A stretch of DNA of 64,000 nt from a virus, in the IMG/VR virus record IMGVR_UViG_3300046820_002568, positions 75,883 to 139,882 of that record. One strand, written 5' to 3'. A program made the translations under genes and the position numbers. This document shows positions 1 to 10,421 of the stretch, one piece after another. Each line of letters begins with the position of its first letter. Within the stretch, counting starts at the first letter, position 1. The notes beneath the pieces were generated by a model. It had not been told where the DNA came from, made no database searches, and worked only from the letters and a program-made list of their open reading frames with translations.

Positions 1-796
1 TAACATAATCCCCTAAAGATGTTGTACCATAAAAAGTTATGGTATAACTTTTAACATCGGTCAAAGTCGGATATGTATGAGATACCGATTCAGGAATAAA
101 AACTGTAACTTCTTGGATTGGTGTACCGTCGCCCCAGTCTATCCTATATGTCGATTCTTGTAAATAAGTTTTTTTGTTATCTGATGTGTTGTATATTGTA
201 ATCTCATTTGAGTTAGTGAATACAAAAGTAAAATTAACTTCGTCGTTTAATTGTGATATTTCTCCGTCCCATGCGGAATAATATCCTATATCTTCGTAGT
301 TTTGCTCTAATAAAATTGGTATAGATAAATCAATTAATTGTGATGTATTTGGTTGAGTTATTAATAGTTCAACTATACTACCAACAGGGATAGTTATACC
401 ATCACCGACCAATTCCAAAAACAAATAAAAGAAAGTTGTTGCTTCCTGAGTTGGTTGTGTCGTTATGTAATTTACTCTATTTCCATCTTCCGCAATAAAA
501 GTAACAGTTGACCCTGTTTTTAATTTACTAAAATAAAAAGACCAATCATACCCAGTTGACCCGCTTTTATTAATCCAAATTATTGGAGTTTGTCCTTCAA
601 TTGGTTCGAACCCAATAGAAATTAAATTACCCGCAGATTCCGGTTGAGCAATATTCCAAGTACCCAAGTTAACGGTACCTGAACTTAAAACATAAGATAA
701 CCCACTATAATAACCAAAAGTATTCCCACTATAAGTTTGAGTTGTAAGTTCATTCCTTAAAACCTCAGGTGATATTTTAATTTTAAAAGTTTCCAT
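1..796 (-). CDS. Partial virion structural protein with PKD-like motif (runs off the window's left edge)
   Basis: Not in ORF track. ATG at 796 overlaps the upstream TAA (TAATG). Reads METFKIKISPEVLRNEL...YRIDWGDGTPIQEV...SHTYP, open to position 1. WGDG...HTY is PKD/Ig-like. Confidence 0.75.
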   Translation of the reverse strand, partial: METFKIKISPEVLRNELTTQTYSGNTFGYYSGLSYVLSSGTVNLGTWNIAQPESAGNLISIGFEPIEGQTPIIWINKSGSTGYDWSFYFSKLKTGSTVTFIAEDGNRVNYITTQPTQEATTFFYLFLELVGDGITIPVGSIVELLITQPNTSQLIDLSIPILLEQNYEDIGYYSAWDGEISQLNDEVNFTFVFTNSNEITIYNTSDNKKTYLQESTYRIDWGDGTPIQEVTVFIPESVSHTYPTLTDVKSYTITFYGTTSLGDYV

Positions 797-1848
797 TATC
801 CAATAGGGGGGTTAATATATTCAAACCAAGTTATTTCATCAGTTGAACTATCAGTTTGAGTGCTTAGAATTTGATAAGTTTTTGCGTTGTAATCCAAATT
901 AACTACATAATAAAAATCTTTATTTGATATTCTATATAAATTTGAGTAACTTGTTTGAGGTTCATTTATAAATTTTATATACTGTCCCGTCGCCGCATTG
1001 AAAAACTTAGCTGTCATATAGAAAGTAGTTATATTAGTTACTGTCTCGTCTTCGAACCAATGAAGGTAGAACCCTTCTTTATTTCCAGTATGGTCTAATA
1101 TTATTGTAGGAGTAACAAGTGGTCTAGATGTTGACTCTTCTGTTGGGAGTCCTGTATCACATACACATGGTCCTATTTCAGAAATGGAGTATCTGCTAGT
1201 ACTGCTAGGAAAATCAACTGCTATATAGTAATAGATATAAAGTAGTCCGTCTCTATCTAAATCCAAATATCTAAATTCGGCTTGTGTTCCCAATTTAACA
1301 CAAATTCTTCTTGTAGGATTTTGGCCAGGTACACCTGGAGAAACATTTAATATTTTTTCTGTATTACAACAATCCGTATAAGTTAATCTTCCACTTACAG
1401 AGAAAGTGAAAAAATACTCAAAACATGTTGATTCATTAATACTAGTACTCATCCTTGTTGGAAGAATTACTGTTAAATAATTTCTTTGGGTTTTTGGGTC
1501 CATTGAATTATAAAAATCCAATTTAAAGAAGGATTTATTAAATGCCTCTGAAGCATATCTAACTTGTCCGTCAGTAAATTTGGATAGATAACTATTTTCC
1601 CAAGGACCTTCAATTGATGGTGAAAAATTAAATCTATATGTTAACCTGCTAAATCCTTGTCCTGTTGCATCGTGTGAAAATCTTGAAAGTTCGTAATTAA
1701 TCGGTTGACCTATAACTTGCTCAATTATATTTTCCTGCTCTTCCAAAATTGAGGATTCTCTATCTAAAAAATCCCAATTCATACCAATCGGAACTACAAT
1801 TCCTTTAGTTAAATCACTGTCGAGTATTTTAATTCTATTCACATCCAT
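796..1848 (-). CDS. Hypothetical structural protein with an internal Cys-rich module
   Basis: 350-aa ORF overlapping both neighbours, in the baseplate operon. Confidence 0.6.
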   Translation of the reverse strand: MDVNRIKILDSDLTKGIVVPIGMNWDFLDRESSILEEQENIIEQVIGQPINYELSRFSHDATGQGFSRLTYRFNFSPSIEGPWENSYLSKFTDGQVRYASEAFNKSFFKLDFYNSMDPKTQRNYLTVILPTRMSTSINESTCFEYFFTFSVSGRLTYTDCCNTEKILNVSPGVPGQNPTRRICVKLGTQAEFRYLDLDRDGLLYIYYYIAVDFPSSTSRYSISEIGPCVCDTGLPTEESTSRPLVTPTIILDHTGNKEGFYLHWFEDETVTNITTFYMTAKFFNAATGQYIKFINEPQTSYSNLYRISNKDFYYVVNLDYNAKTYQILSTQTDSSTDEITWFEYINPPIG

Positions 1849-3619
1849 CTATTGTGGGGTCTTCAACTGCTATTGTGTTTATTGAAATATTAGTTCCCTC
1901 GGGTATTATTCTAAACATAAAATTCTTATAAGGGTAGTGTCTTCCATTCATAAATGGAAAATCAGTTCCATTACCATCTGAGTCAATAAATCCATATGGA
2001 TATAAATCTCTCCAATAAAATGTATTATTATAATTAGAGTAAAAAGCATAATCTGGTATTCCATCAGTAGTTTCTTTTGAGCCTTCCTCGATATAATCTG
2101 AAAAATCTTTTATCTTTATACCAAAAAAAGGTTTATAATAGTATCCCAATGGATTGTTTATACTAGTTCCGATATTAAAAACTTCAGGATTAAAAACAAA
2201 TTTATGATAACAATCTGATAATACAGTTTCTATTTGTGTTATTTCATTCCATTCACATAGGTCTCCATTAATATATTGACCTGGACTTAAATTTCTATTC
2301 CTATAGAATGTCCTACCATTAGTATCAAAGGCATCAGATGGTATTGTTGTGTTTGAGTAAGTATTAGACCTCTCCCACCAAGCTGTTGTCACATTTGAAA
2401 TATTAAATTCCCAACCTTCTTTCAACCCATTTCCTTGGTCTGTCTCGGGGTTGAAGTAACCGAAAAATCCTCTATTGACTACTGTAAAAAATAACTCGGT
2501 AAGTGGTCTATTTAAATTATCCATTAAACCATTAATATTCACAGTATTGTTAAATGATACATTATAAGATTGTGAATCTTCCTTTATAGATATTCTTGAT
2601 TTCTGATTTGGTGTTAAATCGGCACTTTCCCATTTTTTAGTAGTTCTAAATGCATTTTGTTCAAATCCTGAATTTGTTATTATCGCATCTGTATATGTTG
2701 TTAAAATTCTATGTCTTCTAACATAATATCTAGATTGGGACTCGGTTGGGTTGTCAATGTCTACAACCCTGAAAAATAATCCAGTTTTTGATTCAAAAAA
2801 CGATGTTGATGTTTCATAAAAATTAATATCCAAAACATTAAATATAGTTTCTTCTGAACCATAAAATCCGTTACCTAAACTATACACCTCAAATCTATTT
2901 CTGTCTGTTTGTACCACAGATGCCGCATTAACAACTGTGACACTTGGTAAATAAACATATTCACCAACTTGTAAGTTATGTTTAAATGGACAAGTAAACT
3001 GCCAAAAAGTTTTGCCGTCAACATTTATTTTATTCATAATAAATGGTATACCATTTATTGGTTGCCATGTTATTGTTTGCCCATCACCAAATTGATATTG
3101 TAGTGTTTTTATACTGTTACTTTCAGCGGGATAACTTAAATGAATATACCAATTATAGTAAGATGCCAGTTGAGCCTGTCCATTTATATGTCTACTCAAT
3201 CCAGTAGTATATCCATCAACATTTAAATCAGTTCTTATAAAATTAAATTCATTATATTGAGGTAAACCTCCCCATGGTATAGGAATATCATCGTTCTGAA
3301 CTTGTAGTCTTTTATATTGTTCAGCATTAATATAATATAAATTATTATTAAATGGACTATACGGACTGTCAGGTGTTTGGGTAACACCTGAAAAAGAATT
3401 GTTAAATATCAATTGGAATTTACACGATGGTAAGAACAAAGTCGATTTTTGCCTCTCATCATCATAGACTTGAGCCAAATTTATACTAACAGTTCTATTA
3501 AATTCATCTAATTCTTTAAGTTTCCCACTTAAAGGCACTGAAAGTTGTATCGATTTTTCGGGAGCCTGTTTATATCTCAGACTACCTTTAACAAATTCTA
3601 TTTTACCTAAATCACTCAT
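1835..3619 (-). CDS. Hypothetical virion/baseplate-associated protein
   Basis: 594-aa ORF, aromatic/Asn-rich, overlapping both neighbours. Confidence 0.6.
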   Translation of the reverse strand: MSDLGKIEFVKGSLRYKQAPEKSIQLSVPLSGKLKELDEFNRTVSINLAQVYDDERQKSTLFLPSCKFQLIFNNSFSGVTQTPDSPYSPFNNNLYYINAEQYKRLQVQNDDIPIPWGGLPQYNEFNFIRTDLNVDGYTTGLSRHINGQAQLASYYNWYIHLSYPAESNSIKTLQYQFGDGQTITWQPINGIPFIMNKINVDGKTFWQFTCPFKHNLQVGEYVYLPSVTVVNAASVVQTDRNRFEVYSLGNGFYGSEETIFNVLDINFYETSTSFFESKTGLFFRVVDIDNPTESQSRYYVRRHRILTTYTDAIITNSGFEQNAFRTTKKWESADLTPNQKSRISIKEDSQSYNVSFNNTVNINGLMDNLNRPLTELFFTVVNRGFFGYFNPETDQGNGLKEGWEFNISNVTTAWWERSNTYSNTTIPSDAFDTNGRTFYRNRNLSPGQYINGDLCEWNEITQIETVLSDCYHKFVFNPEVFNIGTSINNPLGYYYKPFFGIKIKDFSDYIEEGSKETTDGIPDYAFYSNYNNTFYWRDLYPYGFIDSDGNGTDFPFMNGRHYPYKNFMFRIIPEGTNISINTIAVEDPTIDGCE

Positions 3620-6600
3620 ATACTATATTTGTATCAACATATTTCTGTATAAATAGGTCCATTGCTGTTCCTCCTTGAACTAATCCAAAATAAAAATGGA
3701 ATGGAGCCCCAAAAGTATACCTATTATTAGTGCTTTGTGGAGCCTGAAAGGTCGGTACTCTTATCGGATATCCATTAGAATCAACTACCGGATTTCCGTT
3801 AGAATCTAATAGAATTTCAAAATTAATGAGGTAACCTTTATAATAAAAAGTATCATTTCCATCAGGTCTAAAATATTCAGAACTAGGGTTTAACCTATCT
3901 AAAGTTTGATATCTATGATTAAAGAACCCATTAGGGAATGTTGAGCTATTTGTATACTCATTGGAGTCAAATTCTGTGATGAAATTGTTTGACTGATATC
4001 CAAATACACTTTCCTCTTCGGCTCTATCGTGGAAAACATTCCACTGATAAAAAGGTACAACCTGACTTTTAGTACCAATGTCTGTAAAGTCAGAATCGAC
4101 TATTGCTCCAAATTCAGCATGTTCATCCCATATTGTTCTTCTTGGAGTTATATAATCCCTTAATTGATTATCTCCACTCATGTATATGGCGAATACTGGT
4201 TTGTTAGAGCGAGTTATTCTTTGGACTCCTCCTCGGCTAAATCCTAAAATAAACGGTTGTCCAGGTATGCCCTCATCCCTACCAAAAAATATGTCATTAT
4301 TTGTGTAAGTTTCGGGAGAATATTCATTAACTCCAAACTCAGAATTTATAGATATCATCTGAGCATAATCAGCATCGATTAATCCAGGTAATAGGTTTAA
4401 CGCATATACTTCTCCATTTTTCCATCTTGTGTTTGAGAACATAGCTCCAATAGATGGGTCATCAGAACCCTCCTCATTACCTCCCTCATCTACAGGTAAT
4501 GGTATTAATAACTGTAAAAAGCTAGCATCTATAAGACGACTTAATACAAAAAGATTCAATAAGTCAGTTGTATCTTGATAGGTTGTACTAGGTATTCTAT
4601 CCACAATATATCCATCATATTCGTCAGAATATACTAGTTCTTGTATGAAAGAATTTTTTGGACCCATATCCATAATAGTGGTTGGGTATAGTAAATTTCT
4701 TTTATTTCCTCTATCATCATTTTCTGACATGGGTCTTCCAACAAAATCACTACCATTCCATGGACTACTTCGATAATAATAATTGTTCAAAGGATTATGG
4801 AAGTATATTACATCCCTACAAAATCTTCTAATTGGTTGATTTTGGTCATCAAATATTGTTTGATTTTGAAAAGGGAATGCATATAGTGTTCCGTTTATCC
4901 AATTATTTGAAAAGGTGTGAGAAAAAATTTCAAAACATTGAGCAAAAGTTAATTTTAATCTTTGAATCCACTCGACTACCGAAGCAATGTCCCAATAAAA
5001 TTTACCATCTGGGTCATCAGGTATTGGGTGAGGGAATAGCGATGCCAGTGGTTTTGATACAAAATTATAACATCCTCTAGTTCTTTTAAACCAAATCCAA
5101 TCAGCCCCAAGATTAGCATCTTGTCTACTGTATCCTCTACCTCCCTCATCATAAATCATAGGATTGTTCTCAGAATCAGTATAGTAACTATTTAGGTCAA
5201 CTGCGTAATAACACTCACTTAAAGACCTAGCAACATTTGCAATTGGACTATCCTCACCTCCAGGTAAATCACTATAAGTCGTATCACTAATAGGAGGTGT
5301 TTCGATATCACCACCACCTAATTGTGTTACATTACATTCCTTGTCAATTCTATAGATTGAAAATCCGTTGTTTTGATGTAACAAATATCCATTTCCATTA
5401 TTGTCAGTTTGCGTCGTATCTGAGCTAGGTAATCTATCAGTTCTAAATACATTTCTTACTCTATTATTTATTTCAATTGTATGATTTGGATTTACATACC
5501 AATATCTTCTAGCATCTTCAATCGAATCAAAGAACTGTTGGAATCCTGGAGATGGGTCAACATTTTCAGGGAATGTTGCGTAACATGGGGAAATGTAACC
5601 AATATTAAATCCAGGTTCAATATATCTTCTATAACTTCTAGTACACCCATTACTACAAGCACCACCCCCACCATTCCATTGTGGGTCATTAGAACTACCA
5701 AACCATCCTTGTCCAGCCGGGTCATTATACACACAGTCAATATTACTACCAAATAAAGTCTGACCATAATCCCTACTTGCATCAATCTCACTTCCCATTG
5801 CGGAACCTCCTTCAACATATTCTTGACCCCAATAAGAACCAACTTCATTTACACTATGAGCCGCATAATAATCATGATAAACATGAAGTCTTGTTCTAAG
5901 TTCAACCCTATATCTACAACATCCGGCACAACCTGTATCATTATCATCACAAGCACACGAATTTCCCTCGGTTGAGACTGTAACTGATGGTTCATTACCG
6001 CAGGTAAGTTGCATGTTACTACCATGAGTATCACTATAAGCACATGGTATTCTAAATCCATCACTACCTCCAGCCGCCGCTGCTGGAACTATAGGAAGTA
6101 AAACTTGTGTAAACAAATTTCTGAAGCCTCCTTGGTCTTGACTTTTAATACCTATAGGATTTGCAAAACTTTCAGATTGTAATATAAAAGAATCTAAATT
6201 TCCAACAGTATATGTTTTCCATCTATGACCTTCTTCTGAAGAAAAATACAAGGTATCTTCGTCAAGCGCCGAATAATATGTTGGCATTGTAGTAGTAAAT
6301 CCAGTGAATTGGTTGGCATCGTAAGTAAAAAATTGACTAGGAAAAAATATAGTGCCTCTACTTGATAAATCCGAATTATTTTGGATTTCATTGTGTTTAG
6401 GTAATTTCAAACCAAAAGTATTATCATCTGTCCAGCCTAATGTATCAGCATAGTAAGTAATATCTTGTAGCGTAAAATCTCTAACTTGTAATTGATATTC
6501 GTGATTCTCGGTTAAATTTAAATTAAAAAACTCAGAATAGTTTGAGGTATTAGTATTTAAACTGGTAGTTTCTGATAAAATATATACTCCATCTGTAAGG

Positions 6601-9600
6601 TCTCTTATAAAAATACCTAATCCATTAGGATTATTGACATTTCCGCTATATTTCAAAACTATTCGAATTCTAAATATCCCAGTTAGTGGCGCGGTTAAAA
6701 TTCCACCATTAAAAATATCATTATTATCGGGTAATATACTAGGTGATTCCTCCAAAGGTCCCAAAGGAATTACTCCAGAAGGTAGTGTTATGTTTGACGA
6801 CAATAATGCTAAAAATTGATATTCAGGATTGATAATCGGCTGACCATTAAGAGCAATTGCTGTGACTTGTCCAATCATTGCCCATCCACTAGAATTATTG
6901 GCGTTAAATCCTACTTGTATATCACCTCCAGGTAATATTGGTTGATTTGGTTTAAATCTTCCTTGTACAATACACTCGCCGGTAATATCATAAGAAGCTC
7001 CAAGTGGTAATCCTAAATCAAGTGTCGGAGGTGAAGAATATACATTACTTACTCCAAAATATCTTCTTAAATCATATCTTATTTCAATATCTGGGGCATT
7101 TGGGTCAACTCCTCTTTGTAGAAAAATAATTCTTAGATTTGGGTCTGGTCTATCTTCAAATGGAATTGGTTCAACATCAGGACTTGGGGTAAATGACCTA
7201 ACCATATCATAATTTCCAACAGGGTGAGTTGTTGTACTAAAACAAGCATCAAAACAAGTTTGTTCATTTTGATTAACTTGATAATGTCTAAATACTCCCA
7301 TTCCATTTCCAAAAGTTGGGGTCCCATTAGTATAGGTATAACTATCTTTATATCCCGCAGTATCTGACCTTAAAAATCTCCAAGGTAATGAAAACCTTCT
7401 ATCACTAGTTGAGGTTGGGGGTGCTGTATTTGTATAATATCTAAAATCTTGATAAGATATTTCTTTAATTACTTGAAAATATTCAATGTCCATTGGATAG
7501 CAGGATGTTACACTTTCTCCCTCTGATGATTGTAATTGATTAACAACTACTCCATTTGGTCCTATTCCTACAACTCCTGAATTATTAGAATAAGCATCAG
7601 ACATATCATATATTGTAGTTTTTAAAGGTATGTCAGGTTGAGCAGTATTTGGATTTGCGTATCTAACAATAGCTGAACTAGGGTAAGATTTGAATCCTCT
7701 AGAGACATTCACATTTGGGTCAAGTGAGTCATTAGGATTTTGAAATGTTAAAATGTCGCCTCTTGTGAATCCTGTATTATCAACTAACAATACTATTAAA
7801 TTATCAAAGTGAAAAGTAGTGTCAGGGTCATTAGCATCAGGATTCCAAGTTACCTTTACTTGATTCCATCCAGTATTTCCAGGACTTAAACTACCGCCGA
7901 TTCTATTTTCAAGACTTTCTGACCCTTGATTTTCAGTCAAATTGTCAAAATATTTTGCTTTAGTGTTGAATAAATTCATCCTTTCGGGAAAAGTTAATTG
8001 TGGTGAAAATATTGTTGTATTAACACCATTAATATTTCCTCTCCAAACAGGAAGTTTCCTTGTTCTGTAGTCGTTAGCACCATTACCTGCCAACATCACC
8101 CCAACAGCATCTGCATACTGTAAATCATTGTTTATATAATATGGTTGATAAGAACTATACGCATTTCCATTTGTTGCAACATTGTAAGAAGAAATTAAAG
8201 CAACATCTGCCAAATAAGATACATTTACAGAATCAATTTGTTGTTGATTTTGTACTAATTCATATAATGTCTGATTATTTGCCTCATCTAATTCTTGGTC
8301 CTCAACCTTACATCTACACCTTTCGCAACCGTCTTCAGTATATAGAAATAATGGGACTGCAATATTTTTAAAAGGATTTTGTAATAATTCACCTAGTGGT
8401 CGAGGTTCATTACATGGTTTATCCCTTAGATTTATTCTATCGAGTAACCTACATATACCATATACTAATTGTTGTATACCCCAAACTAAAATAAGAAGAG
8501 TTGCAATTACGGGCCAAAGAAATGCCAAGACATGAAGAAATATAACAATCATGGTCATAACAGGCTTAAAAAGTGTTAATATGAAATTAATCGCAATGAA
8601 AAGAAAATCATATCGATAATAAACATCATTAGTTGGAAATGTATTAAATTGACCTTCACACTTATTATCTGTGACATGTTTAATTTGAATTGATTTTTGT
8701 GGAAAATACCTATTTGAATATCTGTCAATTAATTGTGACACAGTGTATACCTTATTATACTGAAATTCATAAAATCTATCTTCACAATTAACAGCTTCTT
8801 GTATCATATCGGGTGTCCCGTAGTCTGACCAGCTAACACTAAAAGCATATGAACTTTGCATTCTAAATTCAGACTCTTCTAAAACTTGGACAATGAATTC
8901 ACCATCCAGTAATGGGTCAACCAAAGTATATCTTATAGCAACAACACTTGATTGTAGAAGGTTCATTGGAATGGTATCCTTCATATCCGGTCTTTCAACT
9001 CCGTCCACTAATACTATATAAGATGAAATATTAATAGAATCTTGGAAATTATAATAAGAACCATTTGTTGGTAATATGTAATCAAATGGTCCAGCACTTG
9101 GTGGTTCATTATTTGCCGGAGTAACATGAGGTAAAGTAAAAGATTGAGTAGTGAAAAAAGAATAATTTGGGTCAGTATTATTTACCCATCCTTGCTCTTT
9201 AATATTTGGTACTAAAAAATACCCACGCCTATTTTCTTCTCTAAGTGATGGTGATTGTTGCCATTTAATCTTAAACCTATATCTAGCTCTTATTGGTACA
9301 CCAACACTACCATCAGGAGATATTTGTCTAATACCATTTTCATCTGTATAAACATAGTCCAAGTTCATTGGCAACTCTACCATCCAAGCCCCATTTTCGT
9401 CAATTAATTTTCCGTCATTTTGAAGTCTGTATTGTTCTAAAACAGGGAGCCCTTGGTCGTCGCTAAAAACCGTATGTCTTATGGTCTCAATTTGACCAGG
9501 CCCCGATATCATATCGCAAAGCCATCCTTGTTTAGAAGGTACTCGACATCTTCTTTTTAACTTTTTTCTATCTTTGGCAGAAATTAATGAACCAATAAAA

Positions 9601-10364
9601 ACTGATGTTGGTATAATTTCAACATTTGCCTCTGAAGTAATGTCAAAATCCGCTCTTGTGATATAATGTTGACAAATTCCATCTTGTCCATAAAATGGTG
9701 CAATTTGTATTACCTTTTTTAAAGTAACAATTTGAGGTAACTCACTATAATTTTCCGAGAATTTAAATTTAACACCGTTAACTTGATTTTCAGTTGCCAG
9801 TCCCATTCTTATCAAATCTTGGGGAGTTAGTGAAAATTCACCTATGTCTGAAAGGTCGACTTGCATAAACAAATCATATTCACCAATCGGAATTCCAAAA
9901 ATCATATAATCACCAGCATCATTTGTTTTTGCGGTAAACTTGTAATACTTATCGTAGACTTCAATTACATTTTTATTAGTAAGAGCATCTAATCTGTCAG
10001 GAAAAGTTCCAACAGGAACATGCCCTGAATGTGAGGGTGAATATGGTAATAGATTATATTTATACCCATCTTCATTAAAGTCATCAAAGCTCTTATAAGG
10101 ATATAGAGTAGAGATAACAGGATTACTTTCATCTACTTGGTCTATTGGGATAAAAATTGAAACTCTGGCGTTAACTAACCCTAATCCTTTATTTGCAAAT
10201 ACTCTTCCGCACACAACTCCAAAGTCCGCACAGTTCCTAGTATAAACATCATTAGGAAACAATGCCATTGATAGTACTTCTAATGTATCGTAATCTTGGT
10301 CTAAATTTACTTGTAAAACTTTGTCAACACCTACTTGTGTCCGTATTCTATAAGAATTGGGCAT
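3612..10364 (-). CDS. Very large virion protein (N-terminal carboxypeptidase-regulatory-like beta domain, hydrophobic segment, C1q-like and Cys-rich inserts)
   Basis: 2250 aa. GVVCGRV...NARVSIF...KTNDAGDYMIFGIPIGEY motif, TATTTAT upstream, follows the baseplate wedge gene. Confidence 0.6.
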   Translation of the reverse strand: MPNSYRIRTQVGVDKVLQVNLDQDYDTLEVLSMALFPNDVYTRNCADFGVVCGRVFANKGLGLVNARVSIFIPIDQVDESNPVISTLYPYKSFDDFNEDGYKYNLLPYSPSHSGHVPVGTFPDRLDALTNKNVIEVYDKYYKFTAKTNDAGDYMIFGIPIGEYDLFMQVDLSDIGEFSLTPQDLIRMGLATENQVNGVKFKFSENYSELPQIVTLKKVIQIAPFYGQDGICQHYITRADFDITSEANVEIIPTSVFIGSLISAKDRKKLKRRCRVPSKQGWLCDMISGPGQIETIRHTVFSDDQGLPVLEQYRLQNDGKLIDENGAWMVELPMNLDYVYTDENGIRQISPDGSVGVPIRARYRFKIKWQQSPSLREENRRGYFLVPNIKEQGWVNNTDPNYSFFTTQSFTLPHVTPANNEPPSAGPFDYILPTNGSYYNFQDSINISSYIVLVDGVERPDMKDTIPMNLLQSSVVAIRYTLVDPLLDGEFIVQVLEESEFRMQSSYAFSVSWSDYGTPDMIQEAVNCEDRFYEFQYNKVYTVSQLIDRYSNRYFPQKSIQIKHVTDNKCEGQFNTFPTNDVYYRYDFLFIAINFILTLFKPVMTMIVIFLHVLAFLWPVIATLLILVWGIQQLVYGICRLLDRINLRDKPCNEPRPLGELLQNPFKNIAVPLFLYTEDGCERCRCKVEDQELDEANNQTLYELVQNQQQIDSVNVSYLADVALISSYNVATNGNAYSSYQPYYINNDLQYADAVGVMLAGNGANDYRTRKLPVWRGNINGVNTTIFSPQLTFPERMNLFNTKAKYFDNLTENQGSESLENRIGGSLSPGNTGWNQVKVTWNPDANDPDTTFHFDNLIVLLVDNTGFTRGDILTFQNPNDSLDPNVNVSRGFKSYPSSAIVRYANPNTAQPDIPLKTTIYDMSDAYSNNSGVVGIGPNGVVVNQLQSSEGESVTSCYPMDIEYFQVIKEISYQDFRYYTNTAPPTSTSDRRFSLPWRFLRSDTAGYKDSYTYTNGTPTFGNGMGVFRHYQVNQNEQTCFDACFSTTTHPVGNYDMVRSFTPSPDVEPIPFEDRPDPNLRIIFLQRGVDPNAPDIEIRYDLRRYFGVSNVYSSPPTLDLGLPLGASYDITGECIVQGRFKPNQPILPGGDIQVGFNANNSSGWAMIGQVTAIALNGQPIINPEYQFLALLSSNITLPSGVIPLGPLEESPSILPDNNDIFNGGILTAPLTGIFRIRIVLKYSGNVNNPNGLGIFIRDLTDGVYILSETTSLNTNTSNYSEFFNLNLTENHEYQLQVRDFTLQDITYYADTLGWTDDNTFGLKLPKHNEIQNNSDLSSRGTIFFPSQFFTYDANQFTGFTTTMPTYYSALDEDTLYFSSEEGHRWKTYTVGNLDSFILQSESFANPIGIKSQDQGGFRNLFTQVLLPIVPAAAAGGSDGFRIPCAYSDTHGSNMQLTCGNEPSVTVSTEGNSCACDDNDTGCAGCCRYRVELRTRLHVYHDYYAAHSVNEVGSYWGQEYVEGGSAMGSEIDASRDYGQTLFGSNIDCVYNDPAGQGWFGSSNDPQWNGGGGACSNGCTRSYRRYIEPGFNIGYISPCYATFPENVDPSPGFQQFFDSIEDARRYWYVNPNHTIEINNRVRNVFRTDRLPSSDTTQTDNNGNGYLLHQNNGFSIYRIDKECNVTQLGGGDIETPPISDTTYSDLPGGEDSPIANVARSLSECYYAVDLNSYYTDSENNPMIYDEGGRGYSRQDANLGADWIWFKRTRGCYNFVSKPLASLFPHPIPDDPDGKFYWDIASVVEWIQRLKLTFAQCFEIFSHTFSNNWINGTLYAFPFQNQTIFDDQNQPIRRFCRDVIYFHNPLNNYYYRSSPWNGSDFVGRPMSENDDRGNKRNLLYPTTIMDMGPKNSFIQELVYSDEYDGYIVDRIPSTTYQDTTDLLNLFVLSRLIDASFLQLLIPLPVDEGGNEEGSDDPSIGAMFSNTRWKNGEVYALNLLPGLIDADYAQMISINSEFGVNEYSPETYTNNDIFFGRDEGIPGQPFILGFSRGGVQRITRSNKPVFAIYMSGDNQLRDYITPRRTIWDEHAEFGAIVDSDFTDIGTKSQVVPFYQWNVFHDRAEEESVFGYQSNNFITEFDSNEYTNSSTFPNGFFNHRYQTLDRLNPSSEYFRPDGNDTFYYKGYLINFEILLDSNGNPVVDSNGYPIRVPTFQAPQSTNNRYTFGAPFHFYFGLVQGGTAMDLFIQKYVDTNIVYE

Positions 10365-10377
10365 AACTATTTTTTTT

Positions 10378-10384
10378 ATAAATA
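10378..10384 (-). promoter_or_regulatory. Putative late promoter TATTTAT
   Basis: Recurrent motif 13 nt upstream of ATG 10364. Confidence 0.6.
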
Positions 10385-10421
10385 GTGTAAGTAAAATTTT
10401 AAAAAAATAAATGAAAGACCA

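Noticed and set aside
4832-8371. Short nested or antisense ORFs within the 2250-aa gene, and similar ones elsewhere
   Set aside because: Fully overlapped by a well-supported gene, with no recognisable features
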